A model generated the notes under the pieces. That model was given only the letters and a program-made list of their open reading frames with translations, was not told where the DNA came from and made no database searches. From a phage: a stretch of DNA of 64,000 nt. Shown here piece by piece: positions 36,977-47,245 of the stretch. The stretch is taken from sequence record PZ445444.1. One strand, given 5' to 3'. The translations under genes were made by a program, and so were the position numbers. How positions within the stretch are numbered: position 1 is the stretch's first letter; every line of letters begins with the position of its first letter.

Positions 36977-37840
36977 TTAACCGTTGACAGAAGTTAACGT
37001 ATTGATTTGATAGAGCAAAGTCTGCATGCTGTCAAATACGTCTTTATCTGTCATTTGCATTGCAACAGTCTCAGCATCTGGCAACCAATGTTCCTGGCAA
37101 AATTTAAGGTTCTTCTCATAGGTCGCTTCAGCATACTGTGCCAGATAATGATCAATATGGCTCATAGTCTGACCCCCATATTGAGCACTAGCTACTGCAC
37201 TAGAGATTTGGCTAAGGATTGTTGTTGCAACCCCTATTGACTTAGGCTTACTGACATGGGCGTTACCAATGTTGAATCCGTTTTCCAACATATCTGGATA
37301 ATTTACCAAACAACAGTTTGTTAACGGACTGATCAAGTAGTCAAGATCATGCACATGGATGAAGCCTCTATTGTGCTCTTCTGAGACACGGTCTGGCAGG
37401 ATCTGTGTTGATGCAAGGTGTTTGCTAAGAATGCCTGCAAGCAGGTCACGATGAGTGTGTACATGATTGGTAGGCTTATTTGCGTTTTCTTTTGTAAATT
37501 CATCACAAGTGCGATCCAAGAAGCCACTAATATCTGCAAGCAGTTTTCCACCTGCCTCTCTGTTATTATCTCTTGTCTGCCTATACTGGATGTATTCTCT
37601 GGCTGCACATTTTAAACCCATATCCATAAGAGCGTCTTCAACAAGGATATGGATATTTTTTACAGAGATCGTGCACTGGTCGGTTGGTAGATTGTTAGCA
37701 ACAACTTCATTAACCGCGCAGGCGATCCGGTAAGCTTCTTCTTCAGTATGTCCAGACTCAAGTAAGGCGGACTCTGCCGCCTTGATCACCTTAATTCCGT
37801 TATAGACCTCTTCTCTACCGTCCCGTTTTACAACTTTCAC
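36977..37840 (-). CDS. nrdD: anaerobic ribonucleoside-triphosphate reductase, N-terminal part (ATP-cone)
   Basis: 287 aa; N-terminal ATP-cone-like VVKRDGREEVYNGIKVIKA. Confidence 0.75.
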   Translation of the reverse strand: MKVVKRDGREEVYNGIKVIKAAESALLESGHTEEEAYRIACAVNEVVANNLPTDQCTISVKNIHILVEDALMDMGLKCAAREYIQYRQTRDNNREAGGKLLADISGFLDRTCDEFTKENANKPTNHVHTHRDLLAGILSKHLASTQILPDRVSEEHNRGFIHVHDLDYLISPLTNCCLVNYPDMLENGFNIGNAHVSKPKSIGVATTILSQISSAVASAQYGGQTMSHIDHYLAQYAEATYEKNLKFCQEHWLPDAETVAMQMTDKDVFDSMQTLLYQINTLTSVNG

Positions 37841-38115
37841 TTTTTCTCTCCAAAACCATTCTTAACAAAAGAGATGAAATCGTCGGCACCGCCTATATGG
37901 ACACTTTCAAGATTACTTTCTAAGAAGATCTGCGGCAACGTTCTGGGTACGATTGGACTGCACTTCTCAATAAGCTCTTCTTTTGTGTAACCCTCGCCAA
38001 GTGTCTTATATACAAAAGGCAGACCCTTACTGACTGCAAATTCTTTTGCTCTTACACAATGTGGGCAGTTATCTTTACCGTAAATAATAAAGAAAAAAGA
38101 TTTTTCACAGCTCAT
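37837..38115 (-). CDS. glutaredoxin-like protein
   Basis: 92 aa; CPHC active-site motif near N-terminus. Confidence 0.7.
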   Translation of the reverse strand: MSCEKSFFFIIYGKDNCPHCVRAKEFAVSKGLPFVYKTLGEGYTKEELIEKCSPIVPRTLPQIFLESNLESVHIGGADDFISFVKNGFGEKK

Positions 38116-38118
38116 GTA

Positions 38119-39207
38119 TTAAAACTCCCAAATTTCTTCTTCAGCGTCGTTAACAGTTGTGTTGACGCGGTAGTCAGTGTTCGACATTTCTTGGTTCGCC
38201 GTCTGTTGCAATGAAGGTTTCATCCACACCTGCATAAACGGTAGCGGGTCCTTTGTTGGCGGCACAAAGTCTTTGTCGATATCGTAGTAATCATAAATCG
38301 GTGAGCAGTTATAGTCAACCCATTCTTTAAGCAACGGTGAGTTAAGGCCTATAATCGCTCTTCCTTCGCTGAAAATATAGTCGCTCCAACCGTACTCCTT
38401 GGTTCGTACTTCATCAAGAATCTCTTTTAACTCCCCTTTTATCTCCAGGAAGCTTTTCTCCCATGCTGGATCGTTAAGCAGGATATCAATGATGGCAAAA
38501 TCACCTTTCGAATGTAGCATTTCGTCAAGCATGATTTTTTGAACAAGCTGTGCCACCTGAACAAAAATACCCTGTTCAGCTACTGCGAAAGTGCATGCAA
38601 AACTTGCAATAAACTCAATACTTTCCAGAGCTAAAAGTGCAAAAAGCGCTCTAAGAATGCATTTCCGCACAACATCTTCTTCAACACTAGAAGGATCCAG
38701 TCGGTATTTTGCACCAATAACCTCAAGCTCTTGCATGTATTTGACAATAACGCCGGATCTGCTCAGAACGTTTTGGTTTTCCTGAATCTCTTCTATAATC
38801 TCACGGGCATTGGGGAGGCATTGTCTAACAATCTCTGAGTAAGTTAGTGCGTGAAGAACTTCAATCTCTGACTGTTTCATCAATAGAGTGAAAAGCTCAC
38901 TATTGGTGATAAATGGTGAAAACAGACAAATGATAGATCTTGCCGCAACGCTATCAGCCTCCCATTGCCACATCAAGGTCTGCACCATCACGTCATAAGT
39001 TGACTTTGAGCATGTTACAAAATCTGAAATAGATTGCGACAAATCCACTTCATCCTCTGCCCAGTCTTGTTCTTTTTGTTTTTTGTATAGTTCAAACAGT
39101 TGTGGATATTTTTTGTTGATAGAGTCGTACATACCCATTTGCTGTCCTAGAAACAGCGGATAGTCACCAGTTTTATGAGCGGTGTTCTCAGCATTAAATA
39201 CAGCCAT
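38119..39207 (-). CDS. nrdB: ribonucleotide reductase class I beta subunit
   Basis: 362 aa; adjacent to nrdA; NrdB-like sequence, size and position. Confidence 0.9.
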   Translation of the reverse strand: MAVFNAENTAHKTGDYPLFLGQQMGMYDSINKKYPQLFELYKKQKEQDWAEDEVDLSQSISDFVTCSKSTYDVMVQTLMWQWEADSVAARSIICLFSPFITNSELFTLLMKQSEIEVLHALTYSEIVRQCLPNAREIIEEIQENQNVLSRSGVIVKYMQELEVIGAKYRLDPSSVEEDVVRKCILRALFALLALESIEFIASFACTFAVAEQGIFVQVAQLVQKIMLDEMLHSKGDFAIIDILLNDPAWEKSFLEIKGELKEILDEVRTKEYGWSDYIFSEGRAIIGLNSPLLKEWVDYNCSPIYDYYDIDKDFVPPTKDPLPFMQVWMKPSLQQTANQEMSNTDYRVNTTVNDAEEEIWEF

Positions 39208-39246
39208 TATTCTAACCTCTAAAATGGGGCCGAAGCCCCTTTAAAA

Positions 39247-41562
39247 TTATAGTGCACAACTTTCACAATACTGATCTTCAACTGAACTATCTGCATTCAA
39301 AGGATAGTTCTTTCTGGTTTCATCTTCAGCCTGTTTCTTGGCATGAAGTTCCTCTGCCAAGGAGTCGCCAGCACCAACCCTAGAGTTTAAATAATACCAT
39401 GTCTTCATTCCGAATTTAGTGGCACGGATAAGGTACCCTAGCTGCTCCTTCATTGAAATTTTACCATCTTTCAACTTGGTGTAGTCTATGTACAAATCCG
39501 CGCTGATTGCCTGACCTGTGAATTTTTGAATCACAGCATACATATCGATCATGTCGTTAGTATCAACGTCCCAAGCCGAAGTGTAATACTCTTTCAACTC
39601 ATCATAGTCAGGAACGATAAACAGCACCTGCCCTTGTGGCGACTTTTTAAAGATAATGTGCTCACGGACAGGATAGACCCCGTTAGTGGTGTTTGTTGCC
39701 AGCGAAGAGCTTTCATTAGGCATATATGCTTCAAGAACGCTATTACGTAGCCCACCATTTTCAATGATTTCTTTACGTAACCCTTCCCAATCCTGTTTAA
39801 GAGAAGGATCTTTCACCACGCTATCGACCTCTTTGTTATAGGTGTCGATTGGTAACCAACCTTCTGGATATTTTGTCTTATGCATCCACTCGCAGACACC
39901 ACGCTCTTTTGCCAACCGTAAACTTGCCTTATGCAAGCTGTAGCTGTGAAGTTCTGCAAGATCGTGAACAAGCTGTTTACTTTCAGGAGATCCGTAAGTA
40001 ACCTTGTGGCTGGCAATAAAATGTGCAACATTGGTAAGGCCAACCCCGATGGATCTGCGTTTTTTAACAGTACTCTCCATATTTTCATACGGATATGTCA
40101 TGATTTCCATAACATTGTCAATCATAAGCACCGTGTAGTATGCAACATCCTCATACTCCTCTGGGGTAACCCTTCCAGCTACAAGGGATGACAGGAAGCA
40201 CAATGCAACCTCACCATCATCAACATCGTACTTGAAGATATTACGCATATCTGAATAGCCTTTTGTCGGGAGAGCTATTTCTGCACACAGGTTACTTGAA
40301 TAGATCACATCTTTAAAAGGTGTATGTCTATTCATCTCATCTGTCCAGTATACGTACAGTCTTCCCACCTCGGTACGCTGCGTGATCAGCTCAACAGCAA
40401 GATCTCTAGCTCGGATCCATGTTTTAGGAATACTGTCATCTTTAGCGATACGATCAACCTCTGCATCAAACTCCTCCATAGACATGGTGAAGATACCTTC
40501 ATGCAGTTGAGGCGCGTGCTTATAAGAAACAAGCATCCAATCTAAATTCTTAGCCACACGGTTGATAAACGACCTATTAATACCTATGGAGTAGTCCATG
40601 GTGTTGATTCTTTTTGAAGCAACAGTCATAGGGTTTCTCAAACGGATTAGCTCATCAATCTGCGGGTCTAGTGCAAGGAATGATACTGTTGCAGAACCGC
40701 CACGTGATTGTTGTCTGTTCTCCTTAACCCCAGCATCAATACCTCGATAATATGGAATCTTACCCATATGTTTAATAGTGTTACCACGAACACCATCGCC
40801 TGCAGATCTTGAGGATAAGTAGTAGCCGATACCTGCTTGGTTAACCGTCATTGTGTACGCAACTTCACGTGCCACACCAATCGATTTTGCTGTATCATCA
40901 GCTTTTATTACACAACAAGATGCATACCCTGTCTTACCTGTGCGCAGCCCGTTTAAGTATGGTGTCGGGGCATTGATCTTTAAGTCGGACAGATAAGTGT
41001 ATAATTTTACAACATCGTTGATACGACGTTCTTTCGGCATATTCTTCATGACAGCCATTGCTATCCCCATAAACATCATCTGGGGAGATTCAAACAGGGT
41101 GTCTTTAAGAGTATCCTTGATCCCGTATTTGTCGCGAAACTGTTTAAGGACTGCATAGCCATAACCGAGATCTTTACTGTGGTCAATAACAGCGTCTAAA
41201 GTGTTTAGCTCGGTAAAGCTATAACCCATATCCTCCCAATAACCTTTCTCAACCATGGTATTGTAAAAGGATGGTAAGGAAGGGATCTTTGTAAACCCTC
41301 CAAAAGCCTCTTTATAAATCTGACCAATAAGAACACGACCAGCCATACGGGAATGTGCTTCGTCTTTACGGCTAACACAGGAGTCTATGATAGCTTGGTT
41401 AACTTCTTTGGTTGTACATCTATCATACAGTCGTTTGTATGCATCCAGTGCAATGTGTGACCAATTGCCGTTACCGTCGTCACCGAAAATAGCTGCCTTA
41501 TTTAAACGTTCTGGATCGAATGCCACTTCACATCCGTTGCTTTTAATTACCTTGGTGATCAA
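39247..41562 (-). CDS. nrdA: ribonucleotide reductase class I alpha subunit
   Basis: 771 aa; N-terminal ATP cone, active-site NLCAEI motif; TTG start with GGAGG RBS. Confidence 0.9.
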   Translation of the reverse strand: MITKVIKSNGCEVAFDPERLNKAAIFGDDGNGNWSHIALDAYKRLYDRCTTKEVNQAIIDSCVSRKDEAHSRMAGRVLIGQIYKEAFGGFTKIPSLPSFYNTMVEKGYWEDMGYSFTELNTLDAVIDHSKDLGYGYAVLKQFRDKYGIKDTLKDTLFESPQMMFMGIAMAVMKNMPKERRINDVVKLYTYLSDLKINAPTPYLNGLRTGKTGYASCCVIKADDTAKSIGVAREVAYTMTVNQAGIGYYLSSRSAGDGVRGNTIKHMGKIPYYRGIDAGVKENRQQSRGGSATVSFLALDPQIDELIRLRNPMTVASKRINTMDYSIGINRSFINRVAKNLDWMLVSYKHAPQLHEGIFTMSMEEFDAEVDRIAKDDSIPKTWIRARDLAVELITQRTEVGRLYVYWTDEMNRHTPFKDVIYSSNLCAEIALPTKGYSDMRNIFKYDVDDGEVALCFLSSLVAGRVTPEEYEDVAYYTVLMIDNVMEIMTYPYENMESTVKKRRSIGVGLTNVAHFIASHKVTYGSPESKQLVHDLAELHSYSLHKASLRLAKERGVCEWMHKTKYPEGWLPIDTYNKEVDSVVKDPSLKQDWEGLRKEIIENGGLRNSVLEAYMPNESSSLATNTTNGVYPVREHIIFKKSPQGQVLFIVPDYDELKEYYTSAWDVDTNDMIDMYAVIQKFTGQAISADLYIDYTKLKDGKISMKEQLGYLIRATKFGMKTWYYLNSRVGAGDSLAEELHAKKQAEDETRKNYPLNADSSVEDQYCESCAL

Positions 41563-41810
41563 TTTGCTTCCTCCACTTCATTAACGTATTTATCAAGGCA
41601 GGTATCAGTATCTTGCTGGACAAAGGTATCCTCTTCTACAGAGATATTTATAATTTTACCTGTATACTCGTCATAATAAACATCATCATACATTTTAATA
41701 TCGTTTGTCAGGCCGTTGAACCAAAGCCAGCCAACATATTCTGCCCGACTTGCAAAACCAAGATCCTTCCACTTGGAGTTATGACTCATCTTCACCACCT
41801 TAGCTTTCAA
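41559..41810 (-). CDS. hypothetical protein
   Basis: 83-aa ORF. Confidence 0.5.
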   Translation of the reverse strand: MKAKVVKMSHNSKWKDLGFASRAEYVGWLWFNGLTNDIKMYDDVYYDEYTGKIINISVEEDTFVQQDTDTCLDKYVNEVEEAN

Positions 41811-42300
41811 TACCGAATAATTTTTCTAGGCGATGCAGATCTTCAAAATTGAAAGGTTCATCAACAATATGAATATCTTCAGCCTTTTCAGATTGTTTTG
41901 TATACTTTCTTACATTAACACGATCCTCTACAGGGATATCATACGGAAGATCTTGAACAAGCATTGCCTCACCAGGTGCTTTATCTACATCTAAAATATC
42001 TACACCGTTATACATTTGTGGGTATCTAAAGTCTGCACGCATGACACCAGCAAATACATCTGCCTTTCGATAATGGGTTGGCTTATTTTTGCATCTAACG
42101 TTTTTTCCACGAAGAACATCAATATTTTTTAAATCAAACCCTACGGCGAAGAGTGCAGCTCGGAGACCGTTTCGTGTGCGAACGTTAAACCCAGGGACGG
42201 TAGCTAGGAAATCTAAAGTAACTGAAATAAATGTCTTTTTAGGAATCATAACATTACTCATATCTGTCTCCATTTCTGGCTCACCAACAAAGTGAGCCAT
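41800..42300 (-). CDS. hypothetical protein, possibly dUTPase/dCTP-deaminase-like
   Basis: 166 aa; weak motif resemblance (AVGFDL, RTRNG, GVMRADFRY); sits in the nucleotide-metabolism cluster. Confidence 0.3.
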   Translation of the reverse strand: MAHFVGEPEMETDMSNVMIPKKTFISVTLDFLATVPGFNVRTRNGLRAALFAVGFDLKNIDVLRGKNVRCKNKPTHYRKADVFAGVMRADFRYPQMYNGVDILDVDKAPGEAMLVQDLPYDIPVEDRVNVRKYTKQSEKAEDIHIVDEPFNFEDLHRLEKLFGIES

Positions 42301-42359
42301 TATTATAGATTATCTGATACTATTAGTCAACACAAAAGTTACCTATCGCTGTGATAGGA

Positions 42360-43343
42360 TTAACCTTTCACGAAGTGGTTATTAAGCAGTTGTCTGTGCT
42401 GAACCCACCCACAAAAGTTGGCAGACCAGAATTTACCATCACGGTCTTGATGGGTTACACCTTCCTGCCAAGTACTAATGTCTTGTGTGATTTCACATGA
42501 AGACAGGTAGTAGTTTAAACGTTCCATTGCGTTATCATGATCCATAGGTGTTGCCTGGTGTTCGTAAGGGCTTGCATGAATACGATCCCCACCAATCAAT
42601 TTTTTAGCCACACTGTCTGCCTTTTCAAACGTACTGTCAATATTTCGATAAGATACTTGTGCACAGCAACTAGCACTAATAGACAGAGCTTCTTTAGTAT
42701 CAAGAATGCAGAGCTTTCCTTCTGTGTCACGTACAGCGTAGTTAAACTCTCCGTCCAAATAAACGTGCTCTACATATGGAGTGTGCCATTGACCAGGTTT
42801 AAGGATTTCAGGAGTGCTATTAGTCATAGCCTCCCACATACAATTAGCCAACATATGAATCGTAGGATCTGCATCGTGCCAGCAACGGAGGTGGAAAAAA
42901 TTATTCCACTCGGTGCTTGTTACAACTGTTTTCATGCGCTGAAACGGCTCTACTAAGCGGTTACACACCTGCTTATGGTATCCAGCAAGAGCAAACTTCT
43001 CAGCGTGCCAGGCTGCATTTTTGGCAGCTTCTTTCCAGAACTCTTCAGGAGAGAACTCAAGATCAGTATACTCTACACGGATCTTCTGATCGTGATCGCC
43101 ACCATCCTCCATACCTCGCTGGTTTACACCAAAACGAACTGGCATTGCAGGATTTTCCATAACCTGCTGCAGCATTTTGTTAACAGGTACTGCACGAGAG
43201 GACATGGCGTTTCTGCTGAAAACTCGGTGTGTCATGAGTTCAGAGTGAATGATTCTAGGATACTCTAGCTCAAAAGTGGTTATACGCTTACCTTTCTCGG
43301 AAATGCTGTCAGCAATAATCTTTGCAGTGCACAGTTTTAGCAT
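42360..43343 (-). CDS. thyX: flavin-dependent thymidylate synthase ThyX-like
   Basis: 327 aa; THR-x7-S-x-R signature (ThyX RHR-x7-S with first Arg replaced by Thr). Confidence 0.6.
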   Translation of the reverse strand: MLKLCTAKIIADSISEKGKRITTFELEYPRIIHSELMTHRVFSRNAMSSRAVPVNKMLQQVMENPAMPVRFGVNQRGMEDGGDHDQKIRVEYTDLEFSPEEFWKEAAKNAAWHAEKFALAGYHKQVCNRLVEPFQRMKTVVTSTEWNNFFHLRCWHDADPTIHMLANCMWEAMTNSTPEILKPGQWHTPYVEHVYLDGEFNYAVRDTEGKLCILDTKEALSISASCCAQVSYRNIDSTFEKADSVAKKLIGGDRIHASPYEHQATPMDHDNAMERLNYYLSSCEITQDISTWQEGVTHQDRDGKFWSANFCGWVQHRQLLNNHFVKG

Positions 43344-43543
43344 TATTTAGCTCTCCTTGTTTTAATTTTGGAAATTTCGTCTGGGTTTATGTTGGCCTTA
43401 AATGCAAGGTACCTGTTAAACATGTCAGAGCACATATCCTGGGTGATCCTGGAAGCATACACTAGCTTTCCCTCCAGATTATATACCTCTAGCCAGTCTC
43501 CGTATCTGACTACAGGATCGCCACCTTTAGAACATCTGCCCAT
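43343..43543 (-). CDS. hypothetical protein
   Basis: 66-aa ORF. Confidence 0.45.
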   Translation of the reverse strand: MGRCSKGGDPVVRYGDWLEVYNLEGKLVYASRITQDMCSDMFNRYLAFKANINPDEISKIKTRRAK

Positions 43544-43544
43544 T

Positions 43545-44138
43545 TCAAATACCTTCTAAAAACTTTCCTATTTTATACCAGCTATTAGCGGTATAGTCAA
43601 TACTGACCTTTAACTCCTCGAATTGCTCATAAGGCGTATCTTTTAGGATTTTAATAACTTCAGGTCGTGAAGCGAATTGGTTCAGGTATTCATGCCTGTC
43701 GTCAATTATAACATCTACAGCCACATTTCCTTTGAAATGTGTGGCGTAGAAGCCGTGGCCCTGGGTGTGATCGTCCAGATCCATAAAATCACTGGTCCAA
43801 CGCTTTAAGAACCTTGATTTAGATGCAAGGTGGCCTTTCTTGCATACCGAGATAAATGCAAGCTTGTGACCACGAGCCACCAAATCTTTCATAACCTCAA
43901 TAGCCCCCTCTTCAGGCTTAAGGAAGTCGTAGAGGAACGGGTCACTCCAGAAATCAAAAGGCCCTATGATGTTTTCTTTGGGGCGATCAGGCCAATACTT
44001 CGACAGATCGTAATACATTAGCCCATTAGAAGGTTTAGCGACTGTCTTACTGGCTGGACCATACAAACGCTCCAACCACTCCCACCATGCTGTTCCTGAA
44101 TCTACCAGTGTCAAATCTACATCAATTCCGATTAACAT
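43545..44138 (-). CDS. HAD-family 5'(3')-deoxyribonucleotidase-like hydrolase
   Basis: 197 aa; N-terminal DxDxT motif (GIDVDLTL) and VIIDDR motif. Confidence 0.65.
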   Translation of the reverse strand: MLIGIDVDLTLVDSGTAWWEWLERLYGPASKTVAKPSNGLMYYDLSKYWPDRPKENIIGPFDFWSDPFLYDFLKPEEGAIEVMKDLVARGHKLAFISVCKKGHLASKSRFLKRWTSDFMDLDDHTQGHGFYATHFKGNVAVDVIIDDRHEYLNQFASRPEVIKILKDTPYEQFEELKVSIDYTANSWYKIGKFLEGI

Positions 44139-44746
44139 TCTTCTTGGGCCTCTTTAGCATCAATATACTTGCACACAATCTCCGATGCACACTCCCAAGG
44201 TGCACCTTCAGGGTTTACAACATCAAACTCAACCCCTTTTATTCCGTTCTTTTCCAGACTTAGATAGGTTCTGGAATCATTTCCCCAGCCATATCCTACA
44301 CGGTGAATACGGAACAACAACAGATCTCCACCTGTGCTGTATGCGTACTCGCTAAGGCATGCCAGCTCCTCTTTGAATCCACCATCGGAGTAAACAATAA
44401 CCCCTTTACTTTCAGGAAAATCTTTCTTCAAAGATGCGACTGCGGCTTTACCGAAAGCATCTTCACCAAAGATAGGTTTAATCAGATTTTCACTACAATG
44501 GATCATCCATTCTCGCGGAGAAACATGCTTGCCGTCTATCATTAAGAAAGGGCAAGGCCCTTCTTTGTAGTGGCGGTCATAAAGTGCATTCCAGAGTTGA
44601 GGAGTTACACCAGCTGCCTTAATTGCCACACTGAAGAGCATTTCCTTAACCTCACGGTGGTGTGAGTTAGGAATAGCTTCCAACAAGAGATCTGCAATGT
44701 GATCCTTACCACTGCTGGGTGGGGCGTTAAGAACAATAATATCCAT
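44132..44746 (-). CDS. P-loop nucleotide kinase, dNMP-kinase-like
   Basis: 204 aa; N-terminal P-loop-like PPSSGKD resembling the SGKD signature I recall for T4 gp1. Confidence 0.5.
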   Translation of the reverse strand: MDIIVLNAPPSSGKDHIADLLLEAIPNSHHREVKEMLFSVAIKAAGVTPQLWNALYDRHYKEGPCPFLMIDGKHVSPREWMIHCSENLIKPIFGEDAFGKAAVASLKKDFPESKGVIVYSDGGFKEELACLSEYAYSTGGDLLLFRIHRVGYGWGNDSRTYLSLEKNGIKGVEFDVVNPEGAPWECASEIVCKYIDAKEAQEEC

Positions 44747-44949
44747 TAAAAACCTCCGTGGTATTCTTCAACTGCATCAATAATACTTTTACACTTATCT
44801 ACCAGCTCGTTAGCCACTACAGCATCGTCTTCCCAAACAGCCTCCTCAATCTGATCAAGCAATGATCGCATCTTACTCATCATTTCTGGGATAAAGTTTT
44901 CTGAAAAGCTGTCTGGAATTGTTAACTCTAGTGTCATTTCGGTCTCCAA
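44746..44949 (-). CDS. hypothetical acidic protein
   Basis: 67-aa ORF. Confidence 0.45.
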   Translation of the reverse strand: METEMTLELTIPDSFSENFIPEMMSKMRSLLDQIEEAVWEDDAVVANELVDKCKSIIDAVEEYHGGF

Positions 44950-44964
44950 TCATACTATGCGTTA

Positions 44965-45423
44965 TTAGAAGTTTGTTTTTACACGTCCCTTCTCATCAAC
45001 CTCGTTGTTAGCTAAAAGCGTTACAAAGTCTGTGAAACGAACATGAAGAACCCTTTTCTTATCAAGGTATCCTAAAGCCACCCCTGAGAAATTTAGCATC
45101 AAAGGGGCTAAAGAAGCTCTGGCACTGAAATGCTGTTGTTCTACCCTTCCAACACCCTTAGTGTAGGATGGGTTAAGATTGTAAGTTCTGAATCCCAGTT
45201 TTGTTGGAGCTTTAGAATTAAAAACGACTTTATAGCGTTTCTTACTCAACTTATGCTCCAGGATAAGCATTCCCTTATCACCTTTGATAAGTTGAAAATC
45301 TGTAAAGTGCTCTTTTAAGACGAAAGGTAGTGCCAGTCCCATCGCCTGTCCTCTTTGTACCGCTGTCTCACCAAAAGCTTTTGCATCAGTAAGTTCTTTG
45401 GTCAAGTCTATGCTTTTGATCAT
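44965..45423 (-). CDS. hypothetical protein
   Basis: 152-aa ORF. Confidence 0.5.
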   Translation of the reverse strand: MIKSIDLTKELTDAKAFGETAVQRGQAMGLALPFVLKEHFTDFQLIKGDKGMLILEHKLSKKRYKVVFNSKAPTKLGFRTYNLNPSYTKGVGRVEQQHFSARASLAPLMLNFSGVALGYLDKKRVLHVRFTDFVTLLANNEVDEKGRVKTNF

Positions 45424-46234
45424 ACCTGGTCTCCAAAATGTATTGTAGTTCTTTCTTACCTATACTCTTCATTCCAGCAGTCTTACCTGCTTCTTCTTGA
45501 AAAGAAGAATAGCATTCAGCAAACACTCTGTCAACACCGTCAACTAAAGATTTTATGAAATATGTTGATTCTTCAGATTTTGGGTCATCATCCCCCAATA
45601 CTTTTCCAGCATTATACCCAACACGTCTTACACAGAAGTCGTAGTCATCTGGTGTGCTAAAAGAAAATAACTTATTCTCTCCAATCTCTACAGGATCCCT
45701 ATTGCACACCTTTTTCTCCCAAATTTGGAAAACACATGGCACGTCATAAGGTTTGCCATTAAGTAAAAACGAATTCTTAGGGCACCTTTCGCTGTAGACA
45801 AGGTGCATCGACATGTCCAGTTTGTTTGCAAAAAATATTTTTTCAAATGTCCGTGGCAAGATGAAGGCTATAGCCCCTCCAAGCTCTAGCAATGATGCAC
45901 AATGGTTAAAGAATTTGCAAGCTAAGGATGAATTCTTGCCAAATGGTGGGTTACCTATGAAGACATCTGCCTTGGGATGCACCTCCAAGAAGTTTGCCTG
46001 AATGCACGGTGTTGGTCCTTCAAATTCAGGATCTGGTACTAAATCGTACGACAGTATCTCTGAAAATAGTTTTGAAAAAGAACCCCTTCCAGCAGAAGGC
46101 TCAACGTATGCACAATTCCCATACTTATCTTTTACTTTACCAACAAGATATTCTGCATACTCAGGGTTTGTGTAGTATTTGTCGTTGGACTCTTTCTTGC
46201 TCAAAGTGCCTCCAAAAGGAAAAGGGAGGCGCAA
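45386..46234 (-). CDS. DNA N6-adenine methyltransferase-like
   Basis: 282 aa; AdoMet-binding-like EPSAGRGSF then catalytic GNPPF. Confidence 0.7.
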   Translation of the reverse strand: MRLPFPFGGTLSKKESNDKYYTNPEYAEYLVGKVKDKYGNCAYVEPSAGRGSFSKLFSEILSYDLVPDPEFEGPTPCIQANFLEVHPKADVFIGNPPFGKNSSLACKFFNHCASLLELGGAIAFILPRTFEKIFFANKLDMSMHLVYSERCPKNSFLLNGKPYDVPCVFQIWEKKVCNRDPVEIGENKLFSFSTPDDYDFCVRRVGYNAGKVLGDDDPKSEESTYFIKSLVDGVDRVFAECYSSFQEEAGKTAGMKSIGKKELQYILETRYDQKHRLDQRTY

Positions 46235-46249
46235 GCCTCCCTATAATTG

Positions 46250-47233
46250 TTAGATTATCTGAATCAGGGTATTTTTCATTTCTTCTCTGGTGCGGATGTT
46301 GTTACGGTCACGAACAACAGATCCACAACCTTCGCAGCGGTATGTTTTAAATGCACTCAGTTGAGTATACGCCAAAGCTTCTTCCTCGTGAAGGTGTTCT
46401 CCACCACAGCGTGGGCAACGAACTTTTGGCTCCTCATCCTGGTAGTACAATGACATGTTGGGGTGCTGCTTAGCAAACGGGCGAGCCAGCAAATACAGGC
46501 CTTCCAGAGATAGGATATCGCCAACATTGTACTCCCGCATCTGTTTAAACGCCTCAAGATCACCGTGAACACACTTGATCCACATTTCAAATGTGTGGTC
46601 AATCAGTTTCTGTCGGGCAAGTTGGAAGTATTTGCATGCATACTCCAAAGTGTTTGCATTCAAACGGAATGCCTTCTTGATCATTTTAAGGGTGTCAACC
46701 TCTTTGTAGGGGCTTGTTGGAGGCAATCCGTGAAATGCAAATCGTTGGTTGGCCCACCCACAGTCAAAACCTGAATTGTGGGCTACTGCGACATCACATT
46801 TATCCAGATAATACCACAAATCCTGAATCAATTCGAGATCATTGTGAATATCCTCATCCCACATTTTGTAATCAGGAAGAGCGCAGTCAACCACACTAGG
46901 ACTGTCTAACCACTTACCTGCGAAAGTTAGCATGTAGGGCATAATTTCAATACCGCAGGTTTGAATGTTGGTCTTATAGTGCCCAAAGAACCAGCCGTTT
47001 GTTGGAGATGTCTCTGTATCATACACCCAAACTTTAGCACCTTTGTGCTCTTCAAGGAAGCGCTCCGTTGCTTCTCCTACAATCTCTGACATATTCTCTT
47101 GTGCACGTTTAAGCTGTAGTCGGATCCAGCTCTCACGTGACTCACGGCCTAAAAATTCACGAGCAATTTGTCTATTAGTGTATCCCTGTTGCTTTAGTGT
47201 TAAAATTTGCTCAAGAGTTAACTTTGTCATCAT
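46250..47233 (-). CDS. DEDD-family 3'-5' exonuclease with N-terminal HTH-like region and C-terminal zinc ribbon
   Basis: 327 aa; Exo I VYDTET, Exo II HNSGFD, C-terminal CPRCGG...CEGCG. Confidence 0.65.
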   Translation of the reverse strand: MMTKLTLEQILTLKQQGYTNRQIAREFLGRESRESWIRLQLKRAQENMSEIVGEATERFLEEHKGAKVWVYDTETSPTNGWFFGHYKTNIQTCGIEIMPYMLTFAGKWLDSPSVVDCALPDYKMWDEDIHNDLELIQDLWYYLDKCDVAVAHNSGFDCGWANQRFAFHGLPPTSPYKEVDTLKMIKKAFRLNANTLEYACKYFQLARQKLIDHTFEMWIKCVHGDLEAFKQMREYNVGDILSLEGLYLLARPFAKQHPNMSLYYQDEEPKVRCPRCGGEHLHEEEALAYTQLSAFKTYRCEGCGSVVRDRNNIRTREEMKNTLIQII

Positions 47234-47245
47234 CGTTAAGATTCC

